Below, in pieces: positions 37,902 through 51,500 of a stretch of DNA of 64,000 nucleotides. The translations under genes were made by a program, and so were the position numbers. Below the pieces are notes generated by a model. The model ran no database searches. It was not told the origin of the DNA and worked only from the letters and a program-made list of their open reading frames with translations. Position 1 is the stretch's first letter, and each line of letters starts with the position of its first letter. This DNA is from Acidobacteriota bacterium (GTDB lineage Bacteria > Acidobacteriota > Thermoanaerobaculia > Gp7-AA8): contig JAFATB010000025.1 of the NCBI GenBank assembly GCA_019244185.1, positions 96,001 through 160,000 on the forward strand. The letters run 5' to 3'.

Positions 37902-38168
37902 TTAATGAGACTCCGGTTGTGGAGCGCGTATCCCGCGAAGAATTCCGGCGATGCTTAGATCCTCGTCGATCTGAGGCCAGTGAATGCCTTCGCCATCACC
38001 GATGAGTTCCCAATCGTCGCGCTGCTCCTGGGTTGCATGCAGCAGGCGTGGATACCACACGAGAGGCGCAGAAATCCGCCGGCCATCGATGAGGTGCACG
38101 GTGAGCTCGTCTCCAGAGACGGCGACGTTCATCGCGCGAGGTTCGGATTCAAATGGCAAAGTGCTCAT
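37902..38168 (-). CDS. DUF2442-family protein (putative antitoxin)
   Basis: LTVHLIDGRRISAPLVWYPRLLHAT..GIHWPQIDEDLS. Confidence 0.9.
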   Translation of the reverse strand: MSTLPFESEPRAMNVAVSGDELTVHLIDGRRISAPLVWYPRLLHATQEQRDDWELIGDGEGIHWPQIDEDLSIAGILRGIRAPQPESH

Positions 38169-38247
38169 TCCAAGCCGCGAGCCGGCTCGTTGCCTCGTTG
38201 CTATAAAAGAAGAAGCGATACGGCCCAACATCGGCGAGCTTCGGCAC
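38149..38247 (-). pseudogene. Internally deleted DUF4160-family gene (32 aa)
   Basis: My translation: MPKLADVGPYRFFFYSNEATSRLAAWNEHFAI*; family-like N- and C-termini with the core missing; overlaps the DUF2442 start. Confidence 0.75.
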
Positions 38248-38297
38248 CTCTCGATTCTCCCACGCTCAAACGCGTTGCCGCGACCACGCTGCGCACG

Positions 38298-39374
38298 TCA
38301 GTGCCGCACCGACCGCCGCCGCTGCTGCGGATCGGGCGGTGGTGGCGGTGGCGGAGGCGGAGGTGGTGGCGGGGGCGGCGGATGCGTCGACGGTTGCCAC
38401 CCGAGCTGGATGACCTCGAAGTCGCTCCCTTTGATCGCGGCGAACGCGGGGTTGAGCGTGTCGTTGTCCCAGCGGATGTCGTACGTGCCGGTGACGTAGA
38501 GGTCCGTGCCATTGTCTGCGACGATGAGGCCGTAGGTCTTCATCGCCTGGAAGATCTTGCGGGCGGCGGGCGGGAAGCGCGTGAGATCGACGCTCGCCTT
38601 GAGGCGCAGCCGCGCGCCCATCGGCAGCGCGCCGGCGGTGCTGCCCGCGCGGTGCGACGCGGGATAGACGTAGCCGTTCGAATGGCGCACGGTCACGCGG
38701 AACGCGTGGCGGATCGGATCGGGTCCCGCGACTTCGTCGTAGCGCACGAGTCCCGGCAGGATCGCGAGTCCCGCGGCATCCGCGCTCGTCCACCCTTCGG
38801 GGCGCCGCGCGTTCGAGTCGAGCGCCCACGTCGCGCCGGAACCCGCTTCCCACCGCGAGCCGGTCCAGTGCAGCGCGTAGAGCTCGAAGAGCAACCGGTG
38901 ATCGCGGTCGACGATCAGCATGTGCCGGTCGCCGTCCGCGCGCGGATCGCTGCCGGCGAGGCCGCCTTCGATCCACTTCTGCTGCGTCTTCGCCTCTTCC
39001 GGGATCGGATAGCCGGGCGGGCGGCCGGGGGCGGCGAAGTCGCTCTCGTCGTCGTACTCAAACGTCACGGGGACGAGAGGCTGACTGCCGGAGACGACAA
39101 TGTACGGCATGCCGTAGATCGGCGCTTCCGCATCGCCGCTGTCGCCGCCGAAATCGGGATGCATGCCGCGCGTCGTGCCGATGTCGGCGATGAAGGCGTT
39201 GCTGTGCGCGTCGACCGGCGCCGACGTGACGTCGGTGTTCCACCAGTTCGACAGCGGAAAGAGCGGCAGCGGCGGCGGGAGGGTGCCGCCGCGATCGGGT
39301 GCCTGCGCGGCGGCCGGAAACGCGAGCGCCGCGGCGAGCACGATCGCGGCGAGGACAGCGGCGGCGGTTCGCAT
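38298..39374 (-). CDS. Secreted hypothetical protein with poly-Pro linker and C-terminal RRRSVRH
   Basis: Signal peptide; WWNTDV..APVD, GDRH, SADAAGL.ILPGLVRYDE, IRHA, YGLIVADNG. Confidence 0.85.
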   Translation of the reverse strand: MRTAAAVLAAIVLAAALAFPAAAQAPDRGGTLPPPLPLFPLSNWWNTDVTSAPVDAHSNAFIADIGTTRGMHPDFGGDSGDAEAPIYGMPYIVVSGSQPLVPVTFEYDDESDFAAPGRPPGYPIPEEAKTQQKWIEGGLAGSDPRADGDRHMLIVDRDHRLLFELYALHWTGSRWEAGSGATWALDSNARRPEGWTSADAAGLAILPGLVRYDEVAGPDPIRHAFRVTVRHSNGYVYPASHRAGSTAGALPMGARLRLKASVDLTRFPPAARKIFQAMKTYGLIVADNGTDLYVTGTYDIRWDNDTLNPAFAAIKGSDFEVIQLGWQPSTHPPPPPPPPPPPPPPPPDPQQRRRSVRH

Positions 39375-39530
39375 GCCGCGATTCTGGGACGACGACGCTT
39401 CTCTACGCGTGACGCCACTCACGTCCACGGCGCCGGGAAGGACGTAGATTGCTCGTGGGTTCTGAGGATTCCATAACTTATTTCGAGTAGAATTCGGACC
39501 GCTTCAGCATCCAGGTCCGAGGAGAGCTTC

Positions 39531-42500
39531 ATGAATCGACGGTGGTCGGTCGTTGTTGCCGTGGCGGCGCTGTGCCTCGCTCCCGCGTTGTACGGGACGA
39601 CGAACTACCAGAGTAACGGCGCGGGCGGCGGCGACTGGCTCCTGCCCACCACGTGGTCTCCCCTCGGCATCCCCGGCGCGGGCGACACCGTCACCATCGT
39701 CGGCACCGACACCGTCATCGTCACCGGCATCGTCAGCGCGGACAGCATCACCGTGCAGGGCGGCCAGCTCGAGCTCGATCTCGCCGGCTTTCTCACCGCG
39801 AATACCGTCACCGTCAACGCGGCCTTCGCGAACGCGGCCGTGGTGCTCAACGGCGGCGCGCTGACGACCACGGGCAACATCGACATCGACGGCGGCTCGT
39901 CGACGAGCGCGCAACTGCAGTTCGGCGCGCTCGGCGGCACGCTCAACGACGGCGGCAGCCTGAATTTCGCGGGACTGCTCAAGCAGCTCACGTTCTCCGG
40001 CGCCGGCACGCTCAACATCGCCGGCGACCTCGGCGCGGGCGCCTCGTTCCTCGCGGGCGGCTCGACCATCAACTTCAATGGCAGCGGCCCGCAGACGATC
40101 AACGCCTACACGTTTCACGACTTCAGCGTCAGCAAGGCGACCGGCACGGCGACGTTGAATGGACCGATCACCGTCAACGGCAGCTTCGCCGTGACGAGCG
40201 GCGTGCTCGACGACGGCGGCAACCAGATCTCGCTCAACGCCGGCAGCTCCTCGAGCATCACCATCGGCACCAACGGCGTGCTGAAGCTCGGCAGCGCGGG
40301 AAGCGCGACCTCGTTCCCGACGCCGTACGCGAGCATCTTCTTCTCGCCCGGCAGCACGGTCGTCTATCACGCCGGCGTCGCGCAGTCGGTCAACGACGCG
40401 TTGACGTACCAGAACCTGTGGATCACGACGGCCGGCGGCTCGGTGACGCACACCTCCGCGGGACCGACGCTCAACGTGAACGGCACGCTCACCATCCTCA
40501 ACAACGGCGCGAACACCGCGACGCTCTCGATCGGCAGCAGCGCGCTCGATCTCAACGGCAACCTCGCCGGCGACGGCACGCTCAGCGCCACCAGCGGCGC
40601 GATCAACATCAGCGGCGACTGGGCGGCCACCACGAACCTCAGCGCCGGCACCGGCAGCACCGTCACGTACGACGGCGCGTTCGGCTCGCAGAACGTCGGC
40701 GGCGTCACGTACAACAACCTCACGATCAACAAGCTGCTCGGCACCGCGACGCTCGCCGGCGCGGCGACGGTCAACGGCAATCTCAACATCACCGCCGGCT
40801 CGTTCGACACGGGCGGACAGTCGCTCACCGTCGGCGGCACGCTGACGAACGGCAGCACGCTCGTCGCCGGCGCGAGCAACGTCATTCTCGGCGGCAACTT
40901 CACGAACAACGGCGCTCTCTCCGGCGCCTCCGCGACGTTCAAGCTGAACGGCACCGCCGCGCAGACATGGACCAACAACGTCGGCGTCACCGTCGGCACG
41001 CTGGAGATGAACAACCCGGTCGGCGCGACGCTGAGCGGCGCCGGCGGCATCAGCGTCAGCACGCTCCTCAAGCTCAACGGCGCAAACGTCACCGTCGGCG
41101 GCGGCGGTCTCTTCGTCGACGTGCTCGCGCTCATCAGCCGCACGAGCGGCTGGATCATCGGTCCGCTGACGCTCGGCATGAACCCGAGTCCCGCGCGCAC
41201 GTTCCCGATCGGGACCGCGTTCGCGTATCTGCCGGTCGATGCCGACTCCGGCAGCGCGGGCCAGCTCACCATCGAAGCGGTCGAAGGGAAGCATCCGTCG
41301 CGCACCGGCAACAACGTGCTCGATCGCTACTGGCGCATCGAGTCGCCGTCGTCGGTCACGCCGATCGACGCGCTCACGTTCCACTACAACGCCGGCGACG
41401 TCACCACCGGCACCGAGTCGCAGTACGGACTCGCGCAATATTCGGCCGGCATCTGGACGCGGAAAGGCGACGTCGTGGACGAGGTCAATCACAACGCCGG
41501 CCTCACGAACGTCACCGGCTACTTCAGCGACTGGATCATCGGGCAGCCCGGCAGCACCGGCGGCGCGTCGAAGCTCGCCATCACCGGCGTCAACGGCGGC
41601 TCCGATCCGGGCGTCGGCGCACCGTTCGCGGTCAACATCGAGTCGCAGAACGACTCCGGCACGCCGACCTCTGTCAGCAGCGGCACCGTCGTCGCGCTGT
41701 CCGTCCTCGCCGGCGCGGGACCGCTCGGCGGCACGACCAGCGGCACCATCTTCACGAACAACAGCACGCTCACGATCAACAACGTCACGTACGGCACCGC
41801 GGAGAACGGCGTCGTGCTGCGCGCGACCGCGACGAGCGGCGATACGCTGGCCTTCGGCGACAGCACGCTCTTCAACGTCACCGCGGCCACGACGCTGACG
41901 GTGACGAGTCTCGCCGACTCCGGCGCCGGCACGCTGCGCGATGCGATCGCGACCGCGAACGGCGGCGGCTGCACCTCGCCGTGCACGATCAACTTCAGCG
42001 TCAGCGGCACGATCAATCTCACCTCCGCGCTCCCGACGATCACCGCGTCGAATCTCACCATCGACGGCTTCACGGCCCCGGCGTCGCTCGCGAATACGAA
42101 CGCGTTCGGCCTCGCCTTCAACGCGTTCCTCGGCATCACGCTCGACGGCGGCAGCTCGACCGCCGCCGCGCTCGACGTGCAGGCCATCGGCGCGAAGATC
42201 CGCGGCTTGGTCATCCGGCACTTCACGAGCTACGGCGTCCGCTTCAGCGGCACGAACACCGGCTCGATCCTCTCCGGCTGCTCGATCGGCACCGACGGCG
42301 GCATCGCCGCGGCGAACGGCATCGGCGTGTATGTCGACGGCGCGAACGGCGTCACGATCGGCGGTACCGCGCCCGCGGACCGCAACCTGATCAGCGGCAA
42401 CACAAACGCAGGCGTCTCCATCATCAACGCCTCGAGCAACATCACCGTCGAAGGGAACTACATCGGCACGAGCGCGACCGTCACCAACGTGACCCCGAAC

Positions 42501-45500
42501 ACCACCGGCGTCACGGTCGGCAACGGCTGCACGGCGATCTCGGTCGGCGTCGCCGGCACCGGCAACATCATCAGCGGCAACAACGGCAACGGCGTGGAGC
42601 TCTACGCCAGCGGCACGGTCGTCCGCGCGAACATCATCGGCGGCGACGGCCTCGGGCTCGGCTTCCTCGCGAACGGCCACGGCATCTACATCGCCCCCGG
42701 CGCCGGCGCGAACACGATCGGCGGCGCGTCGCCGGCGGACGCGAACACGATCGTCGGCAACAGCGGCGACGGCATCCGCAGCGAAGGCACCGGCGATTCG
42801 ATCCAGAACAACCGCATCGGCGTCGCCGTCGACGGCACCACCGCGCACGGCAACAGCGGCAGCGGCATTCGCCTGCAAGGCAACGCCAGCGGCAACGGCA
42901 TCGGCTGGATGATGGCGAACACGATCGCGTACAACACCGGCGACGGTGTGTCCGTCATCGACACCGCGATCGGCAACGCCATCCGCACGAACGCCATCTA
43001 CGGCAACGGCGGCAACGCCATCGACCTCGGCGACGACGGCCCGACCGCGAACGACGCCACCGACTCCGACACCGGTCCGAACGGCAAGCAGAACTACCCG
43101 AGCGTCTCCAGCGCGCACCTCAACGGCGCGAATCTCGACGTCACCTTCTCGCTCGACTCGAGCGGCGGCACCAACGCGAACTACTTCCTCGTCGACGTCT
43201 ACAAAGCCGATGGAACGGGACAGGCGGCCGCATACGTCGGCAGCAGCACCTGCCTCGCCGGCCCGACGCTGGCGACGACCTACACCTTCCCCGCCGGCTC
43301 GCTCACGACCGGCGACAAAGTCGTCCTCGGCGTGAGCGCGTACAGCGACGCCGGCTGCGCGACGAACAGCGAAGGCACCTCCGAGCTCTCGCCGTCCGCC
43401 ACCGTCAGCGGCGACGTGCACTGGACCGGCCTCACCGGCGCGTGGGAGCTCGCCTCGAACTGGCTGCCCGCGCACGTGCCGACGACGAACGACAACGTCT
43501 ACATCGACGCGAGCGGCACCTACACCGTCACGCTCTCATCGCCCGCGAGCTTCAACGCGCTGCACGTCGGCGCGGCGAGCGGCACGCAGACGCTCGGCGT
43601 CAACGGCTCGCTCTCGATCGGCGCGCCGAGCAGCGTCGACGCGAACGGCGTCTTCACGCTCAACTCGAATCTCAGCGGCAACGGCTCGCTCGACGTCAAC
43701 TCCGGCGGCACGCTGAACTGGATCACCGGCACGATCGGCGGCAGCGCCGCGCTCAACATCAACTCCGGCGCGACCGCGACGCTCAGCAGCGCGAACACGA
43801 AGGTGCTCTCCGCGCGCCTCCTCACCGTCGCCACCGGCGGAAACCTCACGTGGAGCGGCGGAACGTTCTTTTTGCAGACCGGCGCCGCGATCGCGAACCA
43901 CGGCACGTTCGCGATCCAGAGCGACGCCACCCTCGCCGACAACGGCGGCGCCGGCGCGTTCGACAACTACGCGAGCGTCACGAAGAGCGTCACCACCGGC
44001 GTCACGACGTTCGGCAACGTCGCGTTCAACCATCACTCCGGCACGCTCGACATCCAGACCGGCAGCATCAATCCAGCGAACGGCACCGCGACCGCGGCGA
44101 TCAGCATCGGCAGCAGTTCCGAACTCACGATCGACTCCGACACCTTCACCCTCGGCACCGGCACGTCCTTCAGCGGTACCGGCGCGCTGCATGTCACGGG
44201 CGGGACGCTGACCGCCGACGGCACGTTCTCCGTTCCCAACTTCAAGATGGACGGCGGCACGCTGAACGGCAGCGGCACGATCTCGCTCGCCGGCGGCTCG
44301 TGGACCACCGGCACGATGTCCGGCAGCGGCACGTCGACCATTCCGAACGCCGCGAACATCTCGTTCTCGACCGCGAACACGAAGACCCTCGCACGCGCGC
44401 TGACGATCGCCACCGGCGGCACCGCCACGTGGAGCGGCGGCACGTTCTTCCTGCAGAGCGGCGGCACGATCACGAACAACGGCACCTTCGACGCCGCGTC
44501 CGACGCCACGATGGCGGACAACGGCGGCGCCGGCGCGTTCACGAACAACAATCTCTTCCGCAAGTCCGCTGGCAGCGCCACGGCGACGCTCCTCAGCGGG
44601 ATCACGCTGAACAACAACGGCAACATCCAGGTGCTCACCGGCACGCTGAATCCCGCCACGATCAACAACGTTGGCGCGCTGTCGCTCACGGGCGAGCTCC
44701 TCGTCGACTCCGACACCGTCACGCTCAGCGCCGGCACGACCGTGAGCGGCAGCGGAACGTTGAAGGTGACCGGCGGCACGCTGACCATCGACGGCTCGCC
44801 GTCGATCCCGCTCCTCCGCGTCGATGCCGGGACCGTGAACGGCAGCGGCAACTTCACGAGCGCCAACCTGCAGTGGAACAGCGGCACGTTCTCCGGCAGC
44901 GGCACGACGACGATTCCGAACCTCGGCGTCCTGACGCTCGGCACCGGCAACACGAAAGTGCTCGCGCGTTCGCTCGTCATCAGCAGCGGCGGCGTGGCCA
45001 CGGTCACCGGCACCGGTACGCTGTTCCTGCAAAGCGGCGGCAACATCACCAACAACGGCCTCTTCGGCCTCGAGGCTGATTCGACGATCGCCGACAACGG
45101 CGCCGCCGGCGCGTTCACGAACAACGCTACGCTGCGCAAGTCGGTCACCACCGGCTCGACGATCCTCGGCGGCATCACGCTCAACAGCACGGGCACGCTC
45201 GATCTGCAAACCGGCACGCTCGATCTCGCCGGCGGCACCGCGAGCGGCACGCTGTCGCTCACGAGCGGCGCGGTCTTCGCCGTCAACTCCGACAGCTACA
45301 CGCTTTCCGGCACGACCGTCACGGGCAGCGGCCTCGTGCAGCTCAGCGGCGGCGCGTTGCTCATCAACGGCAGCGTCACCATTCCGAAGTTCCAGCAGAA
45401 CGGCGGCACGCTCGACGGCACCGGCACGTTCACCGTCGGCAGCCTCGCCGACTGGTCCACCGGCACCCAGCAGGGCAGCGGCACGACGTCCGTCGCGAAC

Positions 45501-48500
45501 GGCGCGAAGCTGACGCTCAGCAGCGCGAACACGAAAGTGCTCATGCGCGCGCTGCAGACCGTCGCCGGCGGCACGCTCGAGGTGAACGGCAGCGGCACGA
45601 TGTTCCTGCAGTCCGGCGGCTCGATCGCGAACAACGGCGCGCTCGACCTCAAAGCAGACAACACGTTGACCAACGGCGGCGCCGCCGGAACCATCGTCAA
45701 CAACGGGACCATCACGAAGTCGACGACGTTCGGCACGACGGCGATTTCGTCGATCGCGTTCACGAACAACGGCACGCTCGATCTGCAGAGCGGCATCGTC
45801 AACGTCGCCGGCGCGTACACGCAGAGCGGCACCGGCACGCTCCATCTCTGGCTCGGCGGCACGACGCCCGGCACGCAGTACTCGCAGCTCGTCACCGCGT
45901 CGAACCCGTCGCTCGCCGGCACGCTGACCGTCAGTCTCAACGGTCCGTATCAGCCGAACGGCGGCGACTCGTTCCGCGCGCTGAGCATCCCCGGCGGCAC
46001 GCATGCGGGCGACTTCAATCATCCGTACGGCTACCCCGCGCTCGCCCTCGGCCGCACGTTCAGCGACGCCTTCGACACGAACGGATTGCTGCTCACCGTC
46101 AGCGGCAACGCCGATCTCTCCATCGCCAAGACGGCGCCGTCGAACGTGCTCGCCGGCAATCCGATCAACTACACGCTGACCGTCAGCAACGCCGGTCCCG
46201 ATGCCGCGAGCGGCGTCACCGTCACCGACCTCCTTCCCGCCGGCCACAGCGGCATCACCGCGAGCGGCACCGGCTGGAACTGCAACGTCGTGACGCTCAC
46301 CGTGACGTGCACCGCGACGTCGATGCTCGCCACCGGCGCGGCGCCCGCGATCACGATCAGCGCGACCACGCCGTCGGTCCCGAGCACGATCCTCAACACC
46401 GCCACGGTCGCCTCCGCGAACGACACGAACGCCGGGAACGACAGCGGCAGCGCAACCGTCACGCTCGACGCGCCGCAGGCCGACGTCGAGCTGACGTCGC
46501 AGACGCCGGCCGGCAGCGTCGCCACCAGCACGCCGGTGTCGATCACGTTCGTCCTCACGAACCACGGACCGCAGTCCGCGACCGGCGTCACCCTCACCGC
46601 GACGATCCCGTCGTCCCTCGCGTTCAACGGCGCCACGCCCGCCAGCGGCTCGTGCGGCTTCGCGGCCGGCACGCTCACCTGCAACGTCGGCACGATCGCG
46701 CCGCTCGGCTCGGTCAACGTCGTCGTGAATCTCACCACCGGGACGACCACCGGCACGCAGACGCCGAACGGCAGCGTCACCGCGATCGAGACCGATCCGA
46801 ACCCCGGCAACAACAGCATCCCCGCGCCGATCTCCGTCGGCGGCAGCAGCGTCACCGTGACGAACGTCAACGACTCCGGCGACGGCTCGCTGCGTCAGGC
46901 GCTGCTCGACGCGCAGAGCAACGTCTGCGCGAGCCCGTGCACGATCGCGTTCAACATCGGCTCCGGCGTGATGATCCAGCCCACGAGCGATCTCCCCGCG
47001 CTCGTCACCGGCACGATCCTCGACGCGACGACGCAGCCCGGCTACAGCGGCGCGCCGGTCCTCCAGCTCGACCTGTCGCTCGACCCCGGCAACACCGCGG
47101 GGCTGCACGTCAGCGGCAACAACGTCACCATTCGCGGCCTCGCCATCACCAAGGCCACGAGCGGCATCGAGATCGACGGCAACAACGCGAAGATCGAATC
47201 GAACTTCATCGGCATCGATCTCACGGACGTCACCGCGGCGAATGGCATCGGCATGCTGATTCGAGGAAACAACAACACGATCGGCGGCGGCACGGCCGCG
47301 AAGCGGAACGTGATCTCCGGCAACACGACGGCCGGCGTGCAGGTCGAATCGAGCGCCACCGGCAACGTCGTCGCCGGCAACTTCATCGGCGTCGACGCGA
47401 GCGGCAACCTCGCGCGCGCGAACGGCACCGGCGTGAAGTTCGTCGCGCAGGCGAGCTCGAACACCATCGGCGGCTCCGCGGCGGAAGCCAACGTCATCTC
47501 CGGCAACACGAGCTACGGCGTCTTCATCGAAGGCGGCGCCACCAACGCCACCGCCGACGCGAACGTTGTCTCGTACAACTCCATCGGACCTTCCGCCTCC
47601 GGCACGATCGCGTTCGGCGCCTCGCTCGCCGGCGTCGCCGTCAACGACAACGCCGGCGCGACGCAGATCCACCACAACACGATCTCCGGCAACGGCAACG
47701 GCGTCGAGCTCTCCGGCAGCGGCACGACCGGCGCCGTCGTGCATTCGAATCTCATCGGCCTCGCGTCCGACGGCGTGACGCTCATGGGCAACGTGCAGGC
47801 CGGTCTCGTGATCAACGGCGCGAGCGACTCCGTGATCGGCGGCACCGCCAACGGCGGCAACACGATCAGCGGCAACGCCACGAACGGCATCAACGTCGTC
47901 GCCGGCTCCGGCAACGAGATCACCGGCAACACGATCCTCGCGCCCTCCGGACTCCCGATCGACCTCGGCGCTGACGGCGCGACGCCGAACGACATCGGCG
48001 ACGGCGACACCGGCCCGAACGGCCGCCAGAACTCGCCCACGCTCACCGGCGCGTTCCTCGACGGCGGCGGGAACCTGCACTTGAGCTACAACATCGACTC
48101 GAGCGCGACGAGCAACGGCTCGATCCTCGTCGAGTTCTTCAAAGCCAGCAGCGGTCAGCCGCAGACGTTCCTCACGCGCGTCTGCACCGCGGCGAACGCG
48201 TTCGGCAACGGGACGTCGCTCCTGCCGTCCGGCATCGCGCTCGGCAACACGATTGTCGCGACGGCGACGAGCTACGCGGACAATGCCTGCAACACCATCG
48301 GCGACGGCACGTCGGAAGTCTCGAACGCCGTCGTCGTCACCGCGTGCACGCCGCCGCCGGTCTCGATCAGCGGTCCGAGCGCGTCGTGCGCGGGCAACAG
48401 CGTCACGCTCAACGCGGGCAGCGGCTACGCGTCGTATCTCTGGTCGACCGGCGCGGCGACGCAGTCGATCACCGTTTCGCCGACGAGCACGACGACGTTC

Positions 48501-51500
48501 ACCGTCACCGTCACCGACGCGAACGGCTGCAGCAACAGCGCGTCGAAGACCGTGAACGTCACCGCGGCTCCGGTCGCGGCGATCGCCGGTCCGTCCGCGA
48601 CGTGCGCCGGCACGCCGGTCACGCTCGACGCGGGCGCGGGCTTCGCGTCGTATCTCTGGTCCAACGGCGCGACGACGCAGCAGATCACCGTCACGCCGTC
48701 GTCGACGACGAGCTACAGCGTCACCGTCGGCAACGGCACGTGCACGACGACGAGCGCGCCGCACACCGTCACCGTGTCGTCGACGCCGGTCGCGACAATC
48801 ACCGCGCCCGCCACCGTCTGCGCGGGCTCGACGGGCCACGTCGCCTCGGCACCGACGCAGGCCGGCGCGACGTACAACTGGATCGTGACCAACGGCACGC
48901 TCACCGCGGGCCAGGGCACGAACAGCATCACCTTCACCGCCGGCGCCACCGGCAACGTCGCCCTCAGTGTCACCGCGACGCAGGGCACGTGCACGAGCAA
49001 CGGCTCGACCAGCGTGCCGATCGTGCAGCCGCCGGTCGTGACCATCACCGGTCCGACGACCGCGTGCCCGAGCACGCAGTTCACCCTCGACGCCGGCAGC
49101 GGCTACGCGAGCTATCAGTGGTCGAACGGCGCGACGACGCCCACGATCACGCTCGCGCAGCTCGCGCCGTCCGCGGTTTACAGCGTTACCGTCACCACGG
49201 CCGCCGGCTGCTCCGCCACCGCGTCGCACACCGTGACGCTGAGCGCCGCGCCGAGCGCCGTCATCACGGCGCCGTCATCCGTCACCGCATCGTCCTCCGG
49301 CAACGCCGCCAGCGTGGCCGCGACCGCGGGCGCGACGTACGCGTGGTCGGTGACGAACGGCCATCTCGACGCCGGCCAGGGCACGAGTGCGATCGCGTTC
49401 ACCGCCGGCGCGTCGGGCAACACCGTGCTGCACGTCACCGTCACCGCCGGCGGCTGCTCGTCGAGCAGCACGAAGTCGGTCGTCAACAGCGGCGGCAACA
49501 ACAACAACGGCGCGGACCTCGCGATCACGAAGACCGCGCCCTCGTCCGTCAACACCGGCGCGACGCTCGTCTACACGATCAATGTCGTCAACCACGGACC
49601 GTCGGCGGCAGCCGGCGTTTCCATCACGGACGACCTCCCCGCCGGCACCACGCTCCTCTCGATCGACGACGGACCGTGGACGTGCGGCGCCGCCGGCAGC
49701 TCGATCTTCTGCAGCGGCAACGCCGCCGCGGGCGCGAGCAGCACGATTCTCCTCACCGTCACCGCGCCGCAGCAGCCGGGCACGATCGTGAACCATGTCG
49801 CCATCGACGCGGCCACGCCCGATCCCGACGCGACGAACAACAGCGCCAGCGCCGCGACGAACGTCGTCTCGCCGGCGCCGAACTGCACGAGCGTGCCGCC
49901 GTCGCTCGTCGCACCGGCGGACGGCGCGACGAACCTCACCTCGCCCGTCACGTTCACGTGGTCGCCGGTCAGCGGCGCCGCGGAGTACGAGCTGTGGCTC
50001 GACGACCAGCTCGCCGGCAGCACCACGTCGGCGACGCTGACGCACGTCGCACCGAGCGGGACGAATCACTGGTTCGTCGTCGCGCGCTTCACCAGCGGCT
50101 GCGACGCGCTCACCTCCGCGACGCGCACGTTCGACGTCACGCCGAATGCGAACTGCGACGCGCACACGAAAACGCAGATCACCGCGCCCGCGCTCAACTC
50201 GACGATCAACGCGCCGGTGACCTTCTCGTGGATGCCCGTGCCGCAGGCGATCGGCTATCGCGTCTGGGTCGACGTCGACGGCGGCGGCTTGCAGGACGTC
50301 GGCACGACCGACGGCGCGATCTTCCTCACTGCCAACGTGCCGCCGGGCGCCGTGGTCGCGTATGTCGACGCGCTCTTCAGCGGCTGCCCGCCGGTGCGCA
50401 GCGACGGCCTCGCGTTCAACGTCGCGCGTCCCGATCCGTGCGCCTCGCGCGCGACCGCCGCGCCCATCGCCCCCGCGAACAACGCTGTCGTCGCGAGCTC
50501 GTCGATCGACTTCCAGTGGACCGCCGCGAGCGGCGCGAGCGAGTACCGCGTGTGGGCCGAGGTCGACGACGCGCCCGCCGCGCTCCTCGGCACCACGTCC
50601 GACACGATTCTGCACGCCACGATCGCGCACGGCAGCATCCGCTGGTGGATCGAAGCGCTGTACGACGGCTGCGCGTCGACGACGTCCGCGACCTCACGCT
50701 TCACGGTGCCCGCCGCGCAGAGCTGCGGCACCGCCGTGCCGTCGCTCGTCTCTCCCGCGAACGGCGCGAACGTCGCCGCGGGCAACGTCACGTTCAGCTG
50801 GTCGTCCGTCGACGGCGCGCTCGGCTACGAGCTCTGGCTCTCGCACAACCACGGCACGCCGGCGCTCGCCGGCACCACCGCCACGACCTCGCTCGCGCAC
50901 GTCGTGCCGGCCGGCACGCTGACGTGGTTCGTGCGCGTGCTCGTCGACCGCTGCCCCGCGCGCGACTCGCAGCGCGCGACCTTCACCGCCACGCTCGCCG
51001 ACGCATGCGCCGCGCACAAGCGCGCCGTTCTCGTCGCGCCGCTTCGCAATGCGGAGGTCACCTCCCCCGCGGCGTTTGCATGGAACGGCGTCGCCGGCGC
51101 CACCGGCTACGAAGTCTTCGTCGTCCGCGGCCACGACGCGCCGCAGCGCATCGCCTCGACCACCGCCACGGCCGTCAACGGCATCGCGCTGACGCCGGGA
51201 CGTCTGCGCTGGTTCGTGCGCGCGAGCTTCGGCGGCACGTGCCCCGCGCTCGACTCCGACGACCGCCGCGTGACGATCGTCGCAACGCCGGCCGCGTGCG
51301 CGCCGCTGGAACCGCCTTCCATCACGGCACCCGGACAGATTTCCGCCAATCTGCCGTTCCTGCTGCAATGGACGCCGTCCGCCGGCGCCACCGCGTATCA
51401 ACTGCAGGTCGCCTCCAGCGCGAACTTCAGCGACGCGCAGCTCATCACCACCACCGGCACGCAGCAGCCGCTCGTGCGTCCGAACGACGGCCACGCGCCG

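Noticed and set aside
38336-38381. GGN-rich tract as a G-quadruplex or DNA repeat element
   Set aside because: Explained by the poly-proline linker encoded on the minus strand
39504-49229. Very long alternative-frame ORFs (1323, 1808 and 1897 aa) over the giant gene
   Set aside because: Arg/Ala/Gly-rich shadow frames expected from high GC3 and stop-codon scarcity; no motifs or RBS
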